From a virus (lineage: Duplodnaviria; Caudoviricetes), in the IMG/VR virus record IMGVR_UViG_3300044981_000214: 64,000 nucleotides of DNA; one strand, given 5' to 3'. The notes beneath the pieces are model-generated. The model was given only the letters and a program-made list of their open reading frames with translations, made no database searches and was not told the DNA's origin. Shown piece after piece: positions 56,095-64,000 of this stretch. A program made the translations under genes and the position numbers. The number at the start of each line of letters is the position of its first letter. Position 1 is the first letter of the stretch.

Positions 56095-56470
56095 AGCGCA
56101 TCGTCATGCACGTCGCAAGTATCCTCGTAAGCCGATGATTGGCGTAGTGTCACCTGGTGAATTTACGGTGGTCACCGTAGACCCACCAATGAAGTCTAAT
56201 GAACGTCCGGTGCTATTCACGCCAGATTCAAGTGATTTGGTGATGTCTAATATTGAGCCTTCTGCAGTAAGAATAGAGAATTTGAATAACCGTCGAATTG
56301 TAGGGTTCGCATTGGTAATTGTCCCTGGTATCATAGCGAATGCAATGGCGTTGCCTTGGGGAAAGATTGTATTGGACTTGGGCCATGCATTGGGCAAGGA
56401 CGGCGGGGTAGTCGACCAAGTCAAACGGCTATTTGGTCGTGGATCAGCTAGACTTCAAGGAAAGAAATAA
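56036..56470 (+). CDS. hypothetical protein
   Basis: ORF in an operon; true start probably downstream of 56094. Confidence 0.4.
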   Translation: MAILRKTTVKTMKPPLKSTKAHRHARRKYPRKPMIGVVSPGEFTVVTVDPPMKSNERPVLFTPDSSDLVMSNIEPSAVRIENLNNRRIVGFALVIVPGIIANAMALPWGKIVLDLGHALGKDGGVVDQVKRLFGRGSARLQGKK

Positions 56471-56471
56471 A

Positions 56472-56774
56472 ATGGCACGGATCAGCAGATGTGATTGCTG
56501 TGATGCTGAGATTCCGAGTGACATCGGACATCAAGTATTCGTCAATCTTAAAAACTTGCAGACTACAGCGGATTACAGCCAAATACGCAGTAGTCTGGAC
56601 TTGAGCCCACCCGGGGGTGAGTTTCCTAGTCTAATAGGAACGCTACTCAAAACGGACTCGTTGCCGGCAATGAAGGCGCTTGATGTTTGCGATGACTGTT
56701 TGGCACCATTGATAGAGAAAAACCGTCTGATCGAAGAGGCACGTAGATTCACAACTAAGAACAGAGGAGAATAA
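56472..56774 (+). CDS. zinc-finger hypothetical protein
   Basis: CDCC..DVCDDC. Confidence 0.55.
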   Translation: MARISRCDCCDAEIPSDIGHQVFVNLKNLQTTADYSQIRSSLDLSPPGGEFPSLIGTLLKTDSLPAMKALDVCDDCLAPLIEKNRLIEEARRFTTKNRGE

Positions 56775-56779
56775 CGTTT

Positions 56780-57658
56780 ATGGCAACTCTAATTCTCGAT
56801 TGGGCTGATGAAGATAATAACACCGGGATAAATCTTGATGCTGCTTATCAAGCCGGCGTTCGTATGTGTATTCTCCGGTCTATCTATGGACGTCCGTACG
56901 GTGGCAGCACAGGGTGCTACATAGACAAGACATGGGCGGACTACAAAGATGCAGTCATAGCCGCCAAAATGAAGCGCTCAACTTACCTATTCCTTTGTTA
57001 CCCCAATAAAGGAATGGTGACCCCAGAGCCAGAAGTACAGGCTCAGGCGCTCATCGATTACGTAGGTAATGAACTCGGCAGTAACCCACTAACTGATTTC
57101 GTGCCGTTCTATGACGTCGAAGAGACCTCGAACATGCTCAACGAACAAGAGATGTACGACTGGACTGTTCGATGTGCTCAGGCACTCTATAATTTCTACA
57201 AGGTCTGGCCAGGGCAGTACAGTTCTAACCAAGTCTGGTCGGATAACATGGGAAGTCATGCTGCAGGTGTGCTGATCGATACCCCACAGTGGACTGCTAA
57301 GCCGTGGTACCAGGCACCACGTCAGCCAATCAACTTGGCTGCATCACCGGACGTACCGTTAGTGATCCAAGAATTTGGGGCTTGGTGGGGTTTCCAACGT
57401 CAAGGCGATGCACTAGGTTGCCCCGGATTTAATAGTACTGTGGATGTTACAGTCCCGAACGTTTTATCTATCGGTGCTAATAGCGGTAGTGTTAAATGGA
57501 TTCAAAAGCGCATAGGTGTTTCGCCTGACGGCGATTTCGGTCCAATGACAGAAGCAGCCGTCAAAGACTTTCAGACGAAAAACGGCCTTACGCCGGACGG
57601 GATTGTCGGTTTAGATACTTATACGCCCCTTAGTTGGGTTAAACTCCAGACGCCGTGA
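56780..57658 (+). CDS. endolysin: GH25-like muramidase with C-terminal peptidoglycan-binding domain
   Basis: LILDW..YLF..PEVQA..YDVEE..W.FQ; C-terminal VKWIQ..DGDFGPMTEAAVKDFQ..GLTPDGIVG. Confidence 0.85.
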   Translation: MATLILDWADEDNNTGINLDAAYQAGVRMCILRSIYGRPYGGSTGCYIDKTWADYKDAVIAAKMKRSTYLFLCYPNKGMVTPEPEVQAQALIDYVGNELGSNPLTDFVPFYDVEETSNMLNEQEMYDWTVRCAQALYNFYKVWPGQYSSNQVWSDNMGSHAAGVLIDTPQWTAKPWYQAPRQPINLAASPDVPLVIQEFGAWWGFQRQGDALGCPGFNSTVDVTVPNVLSIGANSGSVKWIQKRIGVSPDGDFGPMTEAAVKDFQTKNGLTPDGIVGLDTYTPLSWVKLQTP

Positions 57659-57918
57659 AGACAATCATAATCCCTGCAGTACTACTTGCATTCCTGGTTT
57701 GGACGTTGGCGTTTATCGGTATCGCCTGTAGTAACATGCACCGAGTAGAAACGCCGAGTAACGTGAGTATAATTCAGGCGTATCCTAGATGCGACATTCC
57801 GCCACCACCGCATCTTGCAGAGATGGTGGCTGCTAATGAGTTCACTGCCCGTTGGTACCTTAACCAGTTACAGGAATGGGACAGGCGCGTCGCTGTCTGT
57901 CTGAATAAAGACAAGTAA
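57655..57918 (+). CDS. lipoprotein after the endolysin (spanin-like candidate)
   Basis: signal peptide with IAC-S; Pro-rich stretch; paired Cys. Confidence 0.5.
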   Translation: MKTIIIPAVLLAFLVWTLAFIGIACSNMHRVETPSNVSIIQAYPRCDIPPPPHLAEMVAANEFTARWYLNQLQEWDRRVAVCLNKDK

Positions 57919-57920
57919 GT

Positions 57921-58451
57921 TTATTGCCATATCGCGGGTTCGCGCGTGTACGGCACAAAATTCTTGCCCCGTGCTATCGGATGTGTCGGGAAGCCGTCCT
58001 TTGTCAGACCTAGATGGAATAGCTTCAACCCGTGACGAGCAAGCATCGTCCTGACGTTGGCAGCACGATTTGCTAGCTGGCCGTTTAGACCCCAGGCGGC
58101 TACAGCTCGCCAAGATGAGGCTACTGCAGCTCGGATAGCAGCGTCGTTAGCGGGATCATCACCTCGATTACAGGCTGACTTAAGATCAGCCGGATACGGT
58201 GATCGAAATGCAAACAAGTTCACAACATCGAGAATGTCAGCTCTCCATAACTTAGCAAACTTGATGCATCGTGAGACGGTAGGGTCGTTGGCGAAAGCGT
58301 CGGCAGTGCTAGGATTCAGCATCAGAAAACATACAATTACAGGATCTATTTTCGATCCTACATCAGGTGTTAACCAACGTCTTAGGGTGTATCTAAGCTG
58401 CCGATCGTCAGAGAAATCTGCATAGCCTACAAGGCTAGTATCACGGATCAT
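57921..58451 (-). CDS. DUF1643 family protein
   Basis: RYTLRRW, MLNPSTAD..DPT, VNLFAFRS, AAWG, TKDG.P.HP. Confidence 0.85.
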   Translation of the reverse strand: MIRDTSLVGYADFSDDRQLRYTLRRWLTPDVGSKIDPVIVCFLMLNPSTADAFANDPTVSRCIKFAKLWRADILDVVNLFAFRSPYPADLKSACNRGDDPANDAAIRAAVASSWRAVAAWGLNGQLANRAANVRTMLARHGLKLFHLGLTKDGFPTHPIARGKNFVPYTREPAIWQ

Positions 58452-58639
58452 TTTAAGAAATCGTGTAGCGGGCAGTCTTTATTATGCCAATCGTATGGCT
58501 TTGGGCCGTACGGTGGTAATGAATCGCAAAACGGGCATTCATCCCAAGAACCGCTTTCACGCAACATCTTATCAGCACGAGTCTTCCAACGGCTGAGCAG
58601 TTTTACCTGTTCTTCATACAAGGTCTTATCGACACTCAT
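58448..58639 (-). CDS. small zinc-binding protein
   Basis: CPFC..H..DC. Confidence 0.45.
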   Translation of the reverse strand: MSVDKTLYEEQVKLLSRWKTRADKMLRESGSWDECPFCDSLPPYGPKPYDWHNKDCPLHDFLK

Positions 58640-58649
58640 TTGAGCCTAT

Positions 58650-58874
58650 TCAGTTTTTCCACCACCGCCAAAGGCGAGGACTAAGTCTGAATACTAGCTG
58701 ATTTAATTTTGTGATCCAAGTGTTACACCAATGCCCTGCACGGCATTGACTGCACGTTGGTTGCGGCTTAATGTGCGCCGAACAATAGGAGTACCATTCC
58801 TGGCGAAACGGGCCCCATCTACGTTTAGGTATCATTTCGTAGCGTAGATTAGACATGAAATACTGATTAGACAT
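58650..58874 (-). CDS. small Cys/His protein
   Basis: CSAH..CSQC.AG.W. Confidence 0.45.
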   Translation of the reverse strand: MSNQYFMSNLRYEMIPKRRWGPFRQEWYSYCSAHIKPQPTCSQCRAGHWCNTWITKLNQLVFRLSPRLWRWWKN

Positions 58875-59076
58875 CAGATCCTACAGGCACCCGTCGATCT
58901 ATCTCTCTTATGATATCGGTGATTGCATTAACAACTATTGGCCGTCGTTGCTCAGTCGTCAGTCCACCTGGAGCTAGCTCTTCAGCCTCAAATAGCGTCA
59001 TGCTCATAGCCTGCCCGTCAATCAGTAACATGATCAACTGGCTTGTAGGAATCTCTCGTGCGTTGAAGGGTTTCAA
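58867..59076 (-). CDS. hypothetical protein
   Basis: ORF in a packed minus-strand run. Confidence 0.35.
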   Translation of the reverse strand: MKPFNAREIPTSQLIMLLIDGQAMSMTLFEAEELAPGGLTTEQRRPIVVNAITDIIREIDRRVPVGSDV

Positions 59077-59089
59077 GGCGTCACATTAC

Positions 59090-59293
59090 TCAACAACGGA
59101 TGTTGAGAGAAAGAACAACTATAGCGAAAGCTACTGGTACTAGATTGCATGACACGAGGACCCTTTCATCGGGACTGCCTTCAATTAGACCAATTATGTC
59201 TATAATAGCCGAAAGGCCTAGCACTGTGATTGCAACAATTATTAGGGCTAGCATGTAATCAGTCTGACTCCCTAAGGTCGACGCTTGGATCAA
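59090..59293 (-). CDS. small two-TM protein
   Basis: two hydrophobic segments; start probably internal. Confidence 0.35.
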   Translation of the reverse strand: MIQASTLGSQTDYMLALIIVAITVLGLSAIIDIIGLIEGSPDERVLVSCNLVPVAFAIVVLSLNIRC

Positions 59294-59450
59294 AGATATA
59301 CTCTGCGCGAATAAGTTCCTCGAAGGCTTCTTTATCTGACAGCATCCGATTATTTTCGTCTACGACGCCAAATTCGGAAAATGTACGGCCTGCTTCAAAG
59401 GCTCGCTTAAGCTTATCCCGTAGAGATTTTTTGGTAGTTACAAGTCCCAT
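59259..59450 (-). CDS. hypothetical protein
   Basis: AAGGAG RBS upstream. Confidence 0.45.
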   Translation of the reverse strand: MGLVTTKKSLRDKLKRAFEAGRTFSEFGVVDENNRMLSDKEAFEELIRAEYIFDPSVDLRESD

Positions 59451-59474
59451 TGCACATTTTCTCCTTACAATAGT

Positions 59475-60425
59475 TTACGACGTTGCCCAACCCGGTGCGG
59501 GTAGTAGTACTTTCTTCTTCAACTCTTCCCCCAGACGGCGAGCAAAGATCGTCTTGATACGGCCGTACGCAGGCGCGATATCGCGCTTAGTGACCTTCCT
59601 GCTGTGCAGCCACTCGATGTAATGGTCATCGGCGGATAGGCTCATCAGACACCGCGTAAACTGCGCAGAGGTTAGCCGAGGTGACTTGGGCGAATAGACG
59701 CTGAGCACCAGATTCCTGAACACCCACATGCACAGTGTCATGTTCAAGGCGTGCCAGAGGCCTGTATAGGCGGCATCTCTGCCCCAAGCAGTATGAGCAC
59801 ACTCCAGAAACTTGATCAGGTTCTCAGACTCTTCTACGGTCAACTGCTTGCCTAGCTGAGGTGCACTTCCGCTGCCTTGCTTGGGCACAGGCGTCATAGA
59901 CCCATACCAGCACCGCAGCGCAACAGACATGGACATAATCGGGTTGGCAGGGCCACGACGAATCTGAGAGTACCCCACAAAAGGACAAGCCGCACGAACC
60001 CTGGCTAGTGGTCCGTAGGAACTCTCGATTCCTCGCAATATGTCATCCGGCTTGATCGGCACTAGACGGCTATTTAGATCGACGAATTCCTCGGCCATCT
60101 CTGCCATATCCTGGAAATGCAGGATACGAAGATCACAATAGCCCTTTGGCAGCTCCGTGTGAAGGAAGGCAGCACAACGATGCTGGCCATCGACAAGGAA
60201 AATGTCATTCCCAAGATACCCGAGTGTAATCACACCAGGAATCACACCATTCTCTCGCATCTCTTCACTGATCTGCAAGACCTTTGCAGTGATCTTAAGC
60301 TCACGCTGAAATTCAGGAATCTGCCAAGACTGAACTTCAGTTGGCGTGACCTCAACTGTGTTGAGCGTTGTCTCTGTATTCTTCTGCGCCGAAGAAGTCG
60401 GCTTAACGATCTTGAGATGGGTCAT
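59475..60425 (-). CDS. ParB/Srx-like DGQHR-domain protein
   Basis: FQR, LVDGQHR and F.DLN motifs. Confidence 0.75.
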   Translation of the reverse strand: MTHLKIVKPTSSAQKNTETTLNTVEVTPTEVQSWQIPEFQRELKITAKVLQISEEMRENGVIPGVITLGYLGNDIFLVDGQHRCAAFLHTELPKGYCDLRILHFQDMAEMAEEFVDLNSRLVPIKPDDILRGIESSYGPLARVRAACPFVGYSQIRRGPANPIMSMSVALRCWYGSMTPVPKQGSGSAPQLGKQLTVEESENLIKFLECAHTAWGRDAAYTGLWHALNMTLCMWVFRNLVLSVYSPKSPRLTSAQFTRCLMSLSADDHYIEWLHSRKVTKRDIAPAYGRIKTIFARRLGEELKKKVLLPAPGWATS

Positions 60426-60477
60426 TTAATTTCTCGGATAAATAAAGCAATGGCCGTAACTTGTCAAGAGTAACTTT

Positions 60478-60771
60478 CTAATCGCTGAAAAGCGTACAAG
60501 CATCGGAACAGGACCAAGTTGAACAGCGTGACTCCTCGGTTTGCACGCAAGAGCGTTCCCAGGAATTCTCTTCATCTACAGCCGATGCTGGAGTGAGTTC
60601 TAGAACGTCATCATGCATGACCGATGAACCGTCACAAGTCCAGGTACCTACACAACGGTACAAAGTTCTAGGGTCACTTACGCTACAAGACGTCAAAGTA
60701 AGCGGCAGGACCACGAAAATAAATTTCAACACGATCAATTTCCCGGCTTGTTTGGCCTGTTTGCATACCAA
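60478..60771 (-). CDS. Cys-rich lipoprotein
   Basis: LTSC lipobox; several cysteines. Confidence 0.5.
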   Translation of the reverse strand: MVCKQAKQAGKLIVLKFIFVVLPLTLTSCSVSDPRTLYRCVGTWTCDGSSVMHDDVLELTPASAVDEENSWERSCVQTEESRCSTWSCSDACTLFSD

Positions 60772-60869
60772 GCGGCAAATGCACCCACTAGAAATGTACC
60801 GACGAACAGATTAAATAGGACGATGTATGTTTCCATTCAACCGAACAGTGAACGGCCAACAGTAATCTG

Positions 60870-61550
60870 TCAAGAATTTTCCTTGATAAGTTTTTTTATG
60901 GCTTCGATCACAACTGGATTTTCGTAGCTCTTGTGCGTAGTGCCCCACCAATGATAGGCCCACGGCTTGTCGTCCCCGATATATTCAGTCCCATCATGAT
61001 GGGTAGGAAAGAACCAATGACCAGGAAACGTCTTGAGTTGGATCCCGCTGGCCTTCACAACCTCACTAAGACAACACGGACCGGTTAGGACCCAAGTAGC
61101 TCCGTAAAGTTCTTGGCGATCTTCATTCTTTATTGCTTCAACATCCAGGTTAGCCAGTTCATCAAGTACGGCTTTAAACAACGGATGCTGAGGCTCACTC
61201 CCCATGAATCCACAGGCTAGCAACCCGTTGTTATTTTCACTACAAGCCCAGGCACCTGCTTGTACTTCAAAGAAACGATCATCCAGAGCACGGATACAGA
61301 TACTATCTGCATCGAAAGCTAACCCACCAAATTGATAAAGCAATTCGTAGCGCAGAATGTCTGCCTGAGCATGGTAGACACCGTTAAAGGCATCAAATAA
61401 TTCTTGATTCCTGAGCGTCAGGTTTGGTAGATCGGCTTCAGTCCAAAGTTTATGCTCAAGACCTGGATTTTTATATTTCCAAGTATTTATGGCTTCAATT
61501 GGACACCGACGGGGCCCTAACCAAACCTGTTGTAGCGCCTTTGGGATCAT
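60870..61550 (-). CDS. DXD glycosyltransferase (GT32/OCH1-like)
   Basis: MIPK..Q.W.G, ADILRYELLYQFGG..DAD, TGP, H.W. Confidence 0.85.
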   Translation of the reverse strand: MIPKALQQVWLGPRRCPIEAINTWKYKNPGLEHKLWTEADLPNLTLRNQELFDAFNGVYHAQADILRYELLYQFGGLAFDADSICIRALDDRFFEVQAGAWACSENNNGLLACGFMGSEPQHPLFKAVLDELANLDVEAIKNEDRQELYGATWVLTGPCCLSEVVKASGIQLKTFPGHWFFPTHHDGTEYIGDDKPWAYHWWGTTHKSYENPVVIEAIKKLIKENS

Positions 61551-61732
61551 TGGATCACCTTGGATGAAAATTGCGTTTGCTTGCGTTTATGTTGTTCTCC
61601 ATCTTCACGTTCTTGTTCCAGAAATCTTCGTACTGCTTGCTCACGCTTGCGTAACCGGTTGGCGATTGTTAACACAGACACGAAATACATCAAGACGAAC
61701 AAGCAGACGATCAGCTCCCACGACGCGACCAT
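61547..61732 (-). CDS. small TM protein
   Basis: N-terminal TM followed by a charged tail. Confidence 0.4.
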   Translation of the reverse strand: MVASWELIVCLFVLMYFVSVLTIANRLRKREQAVRRFLEQEREDGEQHKRKQTQFSSKVIQ

Positions 61733-61952
61733 GCTCTTGATCGTATCACGTTCTTGACTTGGTAGTTGAAGCAGGCTAAAACCGAGCCGTATTTCAAATG
61801 GACGATACCCTGATTCTTGGAATTATTGGGCTAGGCATAAGCTCATTCCTGTTAGGCGCTTGGATTGGTATTAGATTAGCTATGCGCGTAGTCGTAAGTC
61901 GACTTCCAGAGCCACTAGTCAAACAAATCGTATACATACTGGAGAAGAAAAA

Positions 61953-62411
61953 GTGAAAGTGTACAAAGTCGTTAGTCATCAAGACGTAGAACGGTCAACC
62001 ACTTTGGAGGGGTGGGAACTGATGCTAGATCACACGCAAGTGGAGACCCAAGCAGAGCCTGTCAATTGCAAGACCCCAATGACTATTAATCAAGGGACCA
62101 GCTACAGCTCAGTACAGTCCTATTGCTCACAGAGCGTGGGACAATTTTCACGTCCGTTGTACTTATTGTCGAAGGATGAGGAAGTTGTAAAGCGTGAGAG
62201 TAGCTTAACCGCGCAACTAGTTGACGTGAATATCAAAATGAATGAGTTGAAGAAGGCCTACGATGAACTGACTAAGTTGGCTGATCGGGCTGAAAATAGT
62301 GAGCGCGCAAGCATTGCACGTTGCCGAAAGATGGAGGCTGATATAGCTAAGTTACGCACTGCTATCGGTGACCTGAAGTTCAATGAGATTGTAGGAAGCG
62401 AGACAAAGTGA
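61953..62411 (+). CDS. coiled-coil hypothetical protein
   Basis: GGAG RBS; C-terminal coiled coil. Confidence 0.5.
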   Translation: MKVYKVVSHQDVERSTTLEGWELMLDHTQVETQAEPVNCKTPMTINQGTSYSSVQSYCSQSVGQFSRPLYLLSKDEEVVKRESSLTAQLVDVNIKMNELKKAYDELTKLADRAENSERASIARCRKMEADIAKLRTAIGDLKFNEIVGSETK

Positions 62412-62665
62412 AGTTTGAACAAGGCCGTTACGGCATCAGAGTAATTCCAGAGAACGACGGAGATATTGCCTATCTGGAGGACACGTTAGGTTTGAGGGAG
62501 GCTGGTGACTACGTACCTCTAGTTAGGGTTAACGTTATTTCAATGCACGCAATAGCATGCTGTGAAACGGCGCGTCCGGGAGGTCTTCACAAGCCGATTA
62601 ACGATCCTTCCAGACTTACAGCCGTAGTTAATTTTAATTTGACTGCGCCGTGGCCCAAGTTGTAA
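62408..62665 (+). CDS. hypothetical phage protein
   Basis: IPEN..D.AY.EDTLGL..GD pattern; GTGA overlap with upstream gene. Confidence 0.5.
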   Translation: MKFEQGRYGIRVIPENDGDIAYLEDTLGLREAGDYVPLVRVNVISMHAIACCETARPGGLHKPINDPSRLTAVVNFNLTAPWPKL

Positions 62666-62894
62666 CAAAACTGCTAACCGATGCAGGGCTAGACGTCTGT
62701 CTACATTGCCTGCGACGTCGAAAGCCTAAATCGGTTACTGGCGTAGAAAACCTATTCAAGGTTAAGAAAGCACACGCAGCATTACTATCAGCCCAATACC
62801 AATATCGGATGGGTACACATATCCTGTGCAGATCTTTTTAAAGGACCCTGGCCTAGCCCTACAATTTTCTGCACAATTCGTTATTGAATTGGAC

Positions 62895-63443
62895 TTATCG
62901 CGATGAGTCAATCGTGTCTTGAATCGGCATAGGACCTCCAGCAGGCGCGTTATCGGCTGCCACCTCTGCTAACTTGGCCATATGGTTTGCGTGCGCCTCA
63001 GCTGCAGCAGGCGTCTTGGGACCGAAGTCCGCACCTGTTGCCGGCACGACCACTTTCTTAGCATCACGCTCTTTTCGCCACTCTTCGTATGAGCGAGCTG
63101 AATCTGCAAATAGTCGCATATCCGGGGCGACTTCCTTGGTGTGCATGTTGACCCCTGGCAGGGTCTCGATCGCGTTTGCGATCTTGTACAGGGCTGCATA
63201 TGGCCATCCAGCCACGGTCGATGGGTCTAAGTTGGCTACCGCGTACTGAACGATAGCTACAGCTTCAGCGAACGCAGCTTGATACGCAGCTATGGTCCCA
63301 GCGGGATCGGATAGCTTAGCTGCTGCTACGGCTTTCTGCGTTTCAGTTAGCTCACGATTAAGGTCGCGAATACGATCTCGAAGGTTGTCGTACTGGGAGA
63401 TCGGTATGGAAACGGTTGGTTCTTGAGTGTTATCAGGGGCCAT
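62895..63443 (-). CDS. hypothetical protein with N-terminal coiled coil
   Basis: 182-aa ORF. Confidence 0.55.
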   Translation of the reverse strand: MAPDNTQEPTVSIPISQYDNLRDRIRDLNRELTETQKAVAAAKLSDPAGTIAAYQAAFAEAVAIVQYAVANLDPSTVAGWPYAALYKIANAIETLPGVNMHTKEVAPDMRLFADSARSYEEWRKERDAKKVVVPATGADFGPKTPAAAEAHANHMAKLAEVAADNAPAGGPMPIQDTIDSSR

Positions 63444-63571
63444 TTGTGTGACTTACCATAGCAACTGAACGGGTTTCAGTAAAGTAAGTTCTGTTCTTTT
63501 AAGAAATCAAATAGTTAGCTATTTCCTAAGGCTTGACAGGCGGGTACCAACGTGGTTTAGTCGCTTTCACG

Positions 63572-63850
63572 ATGTTTCGCTGTCAATTTTGCGATAAGTC
63601 ATCTCAGCTACATGAGCAGCCGGTTCGTGTTCCAGTTGAGTTCCGCCACCGGTCTTACATGCGATATGAGCGCCTAGACGGTACGTTTGATTATGGCGGT
63701 GACGGCCATGAAATCGTCCGTGAGGTTCTCGTCCACAAGGCTTGTGAGCCATTAGTGGCGGTCACTCCATTGCCGCCTATTGTTCACACGGTGCGTCAGG
63801 ACGACTTCGAAGATGAAGACGAGACTGCTGAGTACGACTACAAGTACTAA
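63572..63850 (+). CDS. small zinc-ribbon protein
   Basis: MFRCQFC..GHEIVRE..H..C; TTGACA-N17-TTTAGT promoter at 63533-63561. Confidence 0.55.
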   Translation: MFRCQFCDKSSQLHEQPVRVPVEFRHRSYMRYERLDGTFDYGGDGHEIVREVLVHKACEPLVAVTPLPPIVHTVRQDDFEDEDETAEYDYKY

Positions 63851-64000
63851 AGAGAATGACGTATTTCGTTAAATTAACGACCAACAACGGATACCGTTGC
63901 AGCTGTTGTCACAAGAGTTGGACAAAACTTACACAAGTAGACGACCGCGTTGAAGCCTTAGCTGCGGTACCACGTAAGTATGTCCACGACGATCAAATAT

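Noticed and set aside
1-64000. tRNA/rRNA genes, alternative genetic code, or eukaryotic-virus origin
   Set aside because: I recognised no cloverleaf or rRNA-like segments. Long ORFs read cleanly in the standard code with all three stop codons used. The endolysin, sigma70-type promoters and SD sites indicate a bacterial host.

Overview
The window is a gene-dense 64-kb stretch of a bacterial dsDNA virus genome, about 50% GC by eye, with genes on both strands. I see no host housekeeping genes, rRNA, tRNA, CRISPR array, terminase, portal, HK97 capsid or tail-tube genes. The GH25/PG-binding endolysin indicates a bacterial host. The structural genes fit a tailless virus with an internal membrane and single-jelly-roll capsid proteins: a 251-aa putative major capsid protein (37888-38643) with strong codon bias and its own terminator, a 178-aa second beta-rich capsid or penton candidate (10364-10900), about a dozen modular spike/fibre genes, many tail-anchored Pro/Thr/Tyr-rich membrane proteins, and many tiny Arg/Cys-rich basic proteins. 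Four patterns stand out. (1) A recurring [F/L/M]-G motif, often followed by a poly-Arg tail, occurs in more than 20 presumed virion proteins, alongside a membrane-anchored transglutaminase-like Cys-His-Asp enzyme; this suggests an adenovirus/poxvirus-like proteolytic maturation and cargo-tagging system in a bacterial virus. (2) A palindrome GATCGC-N4-GCGATC occurs 8 times perfectly, only between genes and usually just upstream of a -10 box. (3) Many genes have leaderless extended -10 promoters. (4) The spike genes form a mix-and-match family of adaptor, stalk repeat and variable head. Accessory genes include IbrA/IbrB, a DGQHR/ParB-like protein, a GHKL-ATPase/HExxH fusion, a vWA protein, two glycosyltransferases, a methyltransferase, a dual-specificity phosphatase, a thioredoxin, five homing-type endonucleases and a TnpB remnant. 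All family calls come from motif recognition by eye; no database searches were run.
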